From an uncultured Methanosarcinales archaeon (GTDB taxonomy: Archaea; Nanobdellota; Nanobdellia; Woesearchaeales; CAYVYK01): a stretch of 64,000 bases of DNA. Of the stretch, positions 61,513 through 64,000 are shown piece by piece. The position numbers were made by a program, and so were the translations under genes. Position 1 is the first letter of the stretch. Every line of letters starts with the position of its first letter. The stretch spans positions 76,463-140,462 of the forward strand of contig CAYVYK010000001.1 of the NCBI GenBank assembly GCA_964455675.1, given 5' to 3'. The notes under the pieces were generated by a model. The model saw only the letters and a list, made by a program, of their open reading frames with translations, was not told the origin of the DNA and did not search any database.

Positions 61513-62586
61513 CTACGAATTGCACCGCATCCTTTTTCTCGTCTGTGTTCTGCAGATGTCCATGCCAGCATATTCTAGTTCTGTTTCTCCTCGAAGTTTT
61601 GCAAAAGTGTACGCGAACGCCCTGCATCCGCCGTAGCATACTCCTTGGTATTCACATGCGTCCTTCGCGCAGATTCCGCGAAGTTTTTCTGCAAGAGTTG
61701 CGCGGCTGAAATCTGGTTGCCTTGTAACCTGGATTTTTCCATTCCCCGCGAGAGTTCCGATCGCCGCTTCTGGTTCTGACTGTAGCATGAAGCACCAGTA
61801 TGCTCGATGAGTATTGAGTGATACACCTTGATACTGATTGTCTACCGTCGGGCAGAGAGTGTCTGTTACGGCCCAGCTTTTTCCTTCTCCTCGCAAGTAC
61901 TCCCAAGCTTTCCTTCCGGTAAAGTCTGGTCCAAAGCGCATGCTCATGGAAATGTATGGCTTGCCAGGTTGCTTGAGTGCGTCAGTCATGGTAAGCAGTT
62001 CCTCAAGTTCCGTTTCTCCGATGTAGTGCTTGCGATCAACTGTTTTTCCGTTTCCGACGGGTAGGAGTCGCAGAAGCCCCATTCGCGCGACGCCAAGCGC
62101 GTTCGCTTGTTCGTAGAATGCGGGGAAAAGCATCATGTTCTGCGGCGTGATCATCGTATAGGTTTGTACTCGCATGCCAACATCCCTATAGAGCGTGATG
62201 TTCTTTTTGATGCGTTCGTATTCCTCTTCCGTGTTTTTGTTCCAGTAATGCTGCTCTTCTGCTGTTGGAAAGAGTGTCACGCGTACTTCTTCTATGCCAG
62301 CGTTTCGGAGCTGGTCGACGGTACCAGGATCATACGTTGTCCCGGTGCTGAGAACAAATGTCTGTCCCGCTCGCTGCATGAGTCCAATGCTTTCTGGCGC
62401 GGTCATGGCTTCTTGCGGATAGACAAAGAACGCGCTTTCTGGATTGACATCCATGACGCGCTGTGCAAGTGCGGCAGTCTCTTCGCTCGTTCGTTCAGTT
62501 CGTCCGTGTTCTTTCGCAAAGCACTGCCTGCAGTTTTGCGCGCAGGGTTTTCCGACGTTCAGGAGATCGATGTTTTGGCAGCTCAT
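61513..62586 (-). CDS. Radical SAM protein with SPASM-like C-terminal Cys cluster, 357 aa
   Basis: CAQNCRQC (CxxxCxxC); C-terminal C..C..Cx3Cx5Cx3CRAFA..C. Confidence 0.85.
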   Translation of the reverse strand: MSCQNIDLLNVGKPCAQNCRQCFAKEHGRTERTSEETAALAQRVMDVNPESAFFVYPQEAMTAPESIGLMQRAGQTFVLSTGTTYDPGTVDQLRNAGIEEVRVTLFPTAEEQHYWNKNTEEEYERIKKNITLYRDVGMRVQTYTMITPQNMMLFPAFYEQANALGVARMGLLRLLPVGNGKTVDRKHYIGETELEELLTMTDALKQPGKPYISMSMRFGPDFTGRKAWEYLRGEGKSWAVTDTLCPTVDNQYQGVSLNTHRAYWCFMLQSEPEAAIGTLAGNGKIQVTRQPDFSRATLAEKLRGICAKDACEYQGVCYGGCRAFAYTFAKLRGETELEYAGMDICRTQTRKRMRCNS

Positions 62587-62752
62587 GACAACCCTCGGGA
62601 TTGAGAAGTATGTGAAGCGTAATCAAAAGATCCTGGGATGAAGATAACCAGCTCGTTGCATGAGTGATGCGAATGCTTCGGTGAATTTAAACATATCTGC
62701 GGTAGGACGCATCACCCCCAATCCTTAAAAACACCTGTGTGTTTTCAGTGGT

Positions 62753-63157
62753 ATGAGAGTCGTTCACGGCGTTGGCGCGTTGATCGAGTGCAACGGAAAA
62801 ATCCTGATTCTCCGCCGCGCGCTTCATGATACGCAAGGCAACTTGTGGGGTCTTCCCGCTGGCGGCAAGGAGCAAAATGAATTGAGCGATCATGCAATTA
62901 TCCGGGAGGTTTTTGAGGAGACGGGTCTACGATTGCGAAAAGGTCAGTTCGTTCCTCTCGGAAATCATGATTGGAAGGATGATACTGTGCATATTGTGTT
63001 TGAGGTCTTTCGCGTTTCATTAAAGGCGCCATTTCAGATTAGGCTCGACCCTAAGGAGCATTCAGAGTTCGCTTGGGTTTCCCCGGCTGAATGTTTTAAG
63101 AAGAAGGACCTTGTCCTTGGTTTTCACGGTTTGCTGAAGAAGGTGTATGCGCTCTGA
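62753..63157 (+). CDS. Nudix hydrolase, 134 aa
   Basis: KILILRR, WGLPAGGKEQNELSDHAIIREVFEETG, EHSEFAWV. Confidence 0.88.
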   Translation: MRVVHGVGALIECNGKILILRRALHDTQGNLWGLPAGGKEQNELSDHAIIREVFEETGLRLRKGQFVPLGNHDWKDDTVHIVFEVFRVSLKAPFQIRLDPKEHSEFAWVSPAECFKKKDLVLGFHGLLKKVYAL

Positions 63158-63620
63158 TCCACCCAAGTTCTTGATACATCTGCTTTGATGGCGGTGTGAG
63201 CGAAAGTTTTCCAAGTTTTGATCTCTCCACCCATTCCACGTGCGCGATATCGTCTCCGGGTGTAATCGCAGGTGTTACAGCGTCGCATAAGTACTCAAGA
63301 AAGATGTAATGAGTGAGCACTCCATGTTTGTTCTTCGCGATGTCCTCTCTTGGCATCGGCCGGAAAGCCGGGCAGATGTTCCGTATTCTGATGATGTCAA
63401 TCCCTGCTTCCTCTTTGATCTCCCGCCTGAGTTCTTGGTGAAAGTAGTCGTCGTCAAACTTTTTCTGCCGGAGAAGTGCTGCTCCCTTCGCTTGGTCAGT
63501 GACTCCGCCTCCAGGAGTGTTCCACAAATCAGGATATGGTGGTCTTCCGGCTGCCTTCCTCCCAAGGAGAACATGCCCGTTCATGCATACAATGCCGCAA
63601 ACGATGATGCGAGTCTCCAT
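63096..63620 (-). CDS. Nudix hydrolase with an insertion in the Nudix box, 174 aa
   Basis: WNTPGGGV-(about 17-aa insert)-ELRREIKEEAG, PGDDIAHVEWV. Confidence 0.8.
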   Translation of the reverse strand: METRIIVCGIVCMNGHVLLGRKAAGRPPYPDLWNTPGGGVTDQAKGAALLRQKKFDDDYFHQELRREIKEEAGIDIIRIRNICPAFRPMPREDIAKNKHGVLTHYIFLEYLCDAVTPAITPGDDIAHVEWVERSKLGKLSLTPPSKQMYQELGWIRAHTPSSANRENQGQGPSS

Positions 63621-63674
63621 AGCTTATGGAAAACGGAGAAGAGTATAAAAAAATAAAGGAAAAAAGAACAGCGA

Positions 63675-64000
63675 CTAACAGCCTACGCCTTCACGGCACT
63701 GTGCTCGTGCTTCTTCTGTTGGCGCGTTGTCGCAGAGGTCGCACATGTTCTGTCTTGCAGCCTGCGCATCTTCTGCGGTGTATGCTGGCATATCTGCTAT
63801 ATCATCTGTTAAATCCCCAAAGGATATGTCCGTCGGTGGCTCGAAGAGTGATCGGTCGACTGCCCAGGGAACGCACGTGTACTGGTAGTTTGGATCCATT
63901 CCTTGGACATTGGTATCGGGTTTTTGCATGTCTTCTGGTGTGAGCTTGAATTTCCTGCCTCCCGGGACCCGATCGTTCCAGGTATACACCCATTCTCCGT
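63675..64000 (-). CDS. C-terminal part of a secreted-type protein with a CxxC...C...C tail; start lies outside the window
   Basis: Frame open to the window edge (GEWVYTW...); CVPWAVDRSLFEPPTDISFGD...MCDLCDNAP...QCREGVGC. Confidence 0.65.
   Translation of the reverse strand, partial: GEWVYTWNDRVPGGRKFKLTPEDMQKPDTNVQGMDPNYQYTCVPWAVDRSLFEPPTDISFGDLTDDIADMPAYTAEDAQAARQNMCDLCDNAPTEEARAQCREGVGC

Overview
Archaeal genomic DNA read with the standard code. A DPANN origin, most likely Woesearchaeota, is inferred from RadB, archaeal RPA, Rpp30, intron-containing tRNAs, an unlinked 5S rRNA with a TATA/BRE promoter and many class III signal-peptide genes. Bases 1-44.3 kb form one continuous surface-structure locus. 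It holds at least 14 prepilin-like genes of 40-1000 aa, two of them below the ORF-track size cutoff. It also holds a GT-C-like membrane protein, an Lrp regulator, two giant Ig/Cys-repeat proteins (1480 and 3041 aa), a secreted phage-fibre-like protein, and three neighbouring paralogous 1217-1405 aa proteins that share a long Cys-patterned core but differ at matched insertion sites. No pilus ATPase, TadC or prepilin peptidase is visible in the window. Bases 44.3-57 kb hold housekeeping genes (rnp3, RPA, radB, a truncated NFACT, tRNA-Cys, tRNA-Leu, 5S rRNA) and a nucleotide-sugar cluster with three unusual fusions: RHH plus degenerate nucleotidyltransferase next to a perfect 8-4-8 inverted repeat, Ugd plus eukaryote-type UAP pyrophosphorylase, and HAD plus YvcK/GlmR. 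Bases 57-64 kb are accessory: three Nudix genes, a secreted glycoside-hydrolase-like protein, tRNA-Ala followed by a low-GC nucleotidyltransferase, and a radical SAM/SPASM enzyme. The strongest candidates for undescribed systems are the pilin/giant-adhesin host-contact apparatus, including a 1000-aa pilin with a possible membrane-inserting domain, and the putative sugar-nucleotide-sensing RHH regulon. All family assignments come from motif recognition by eye; no database search was run.
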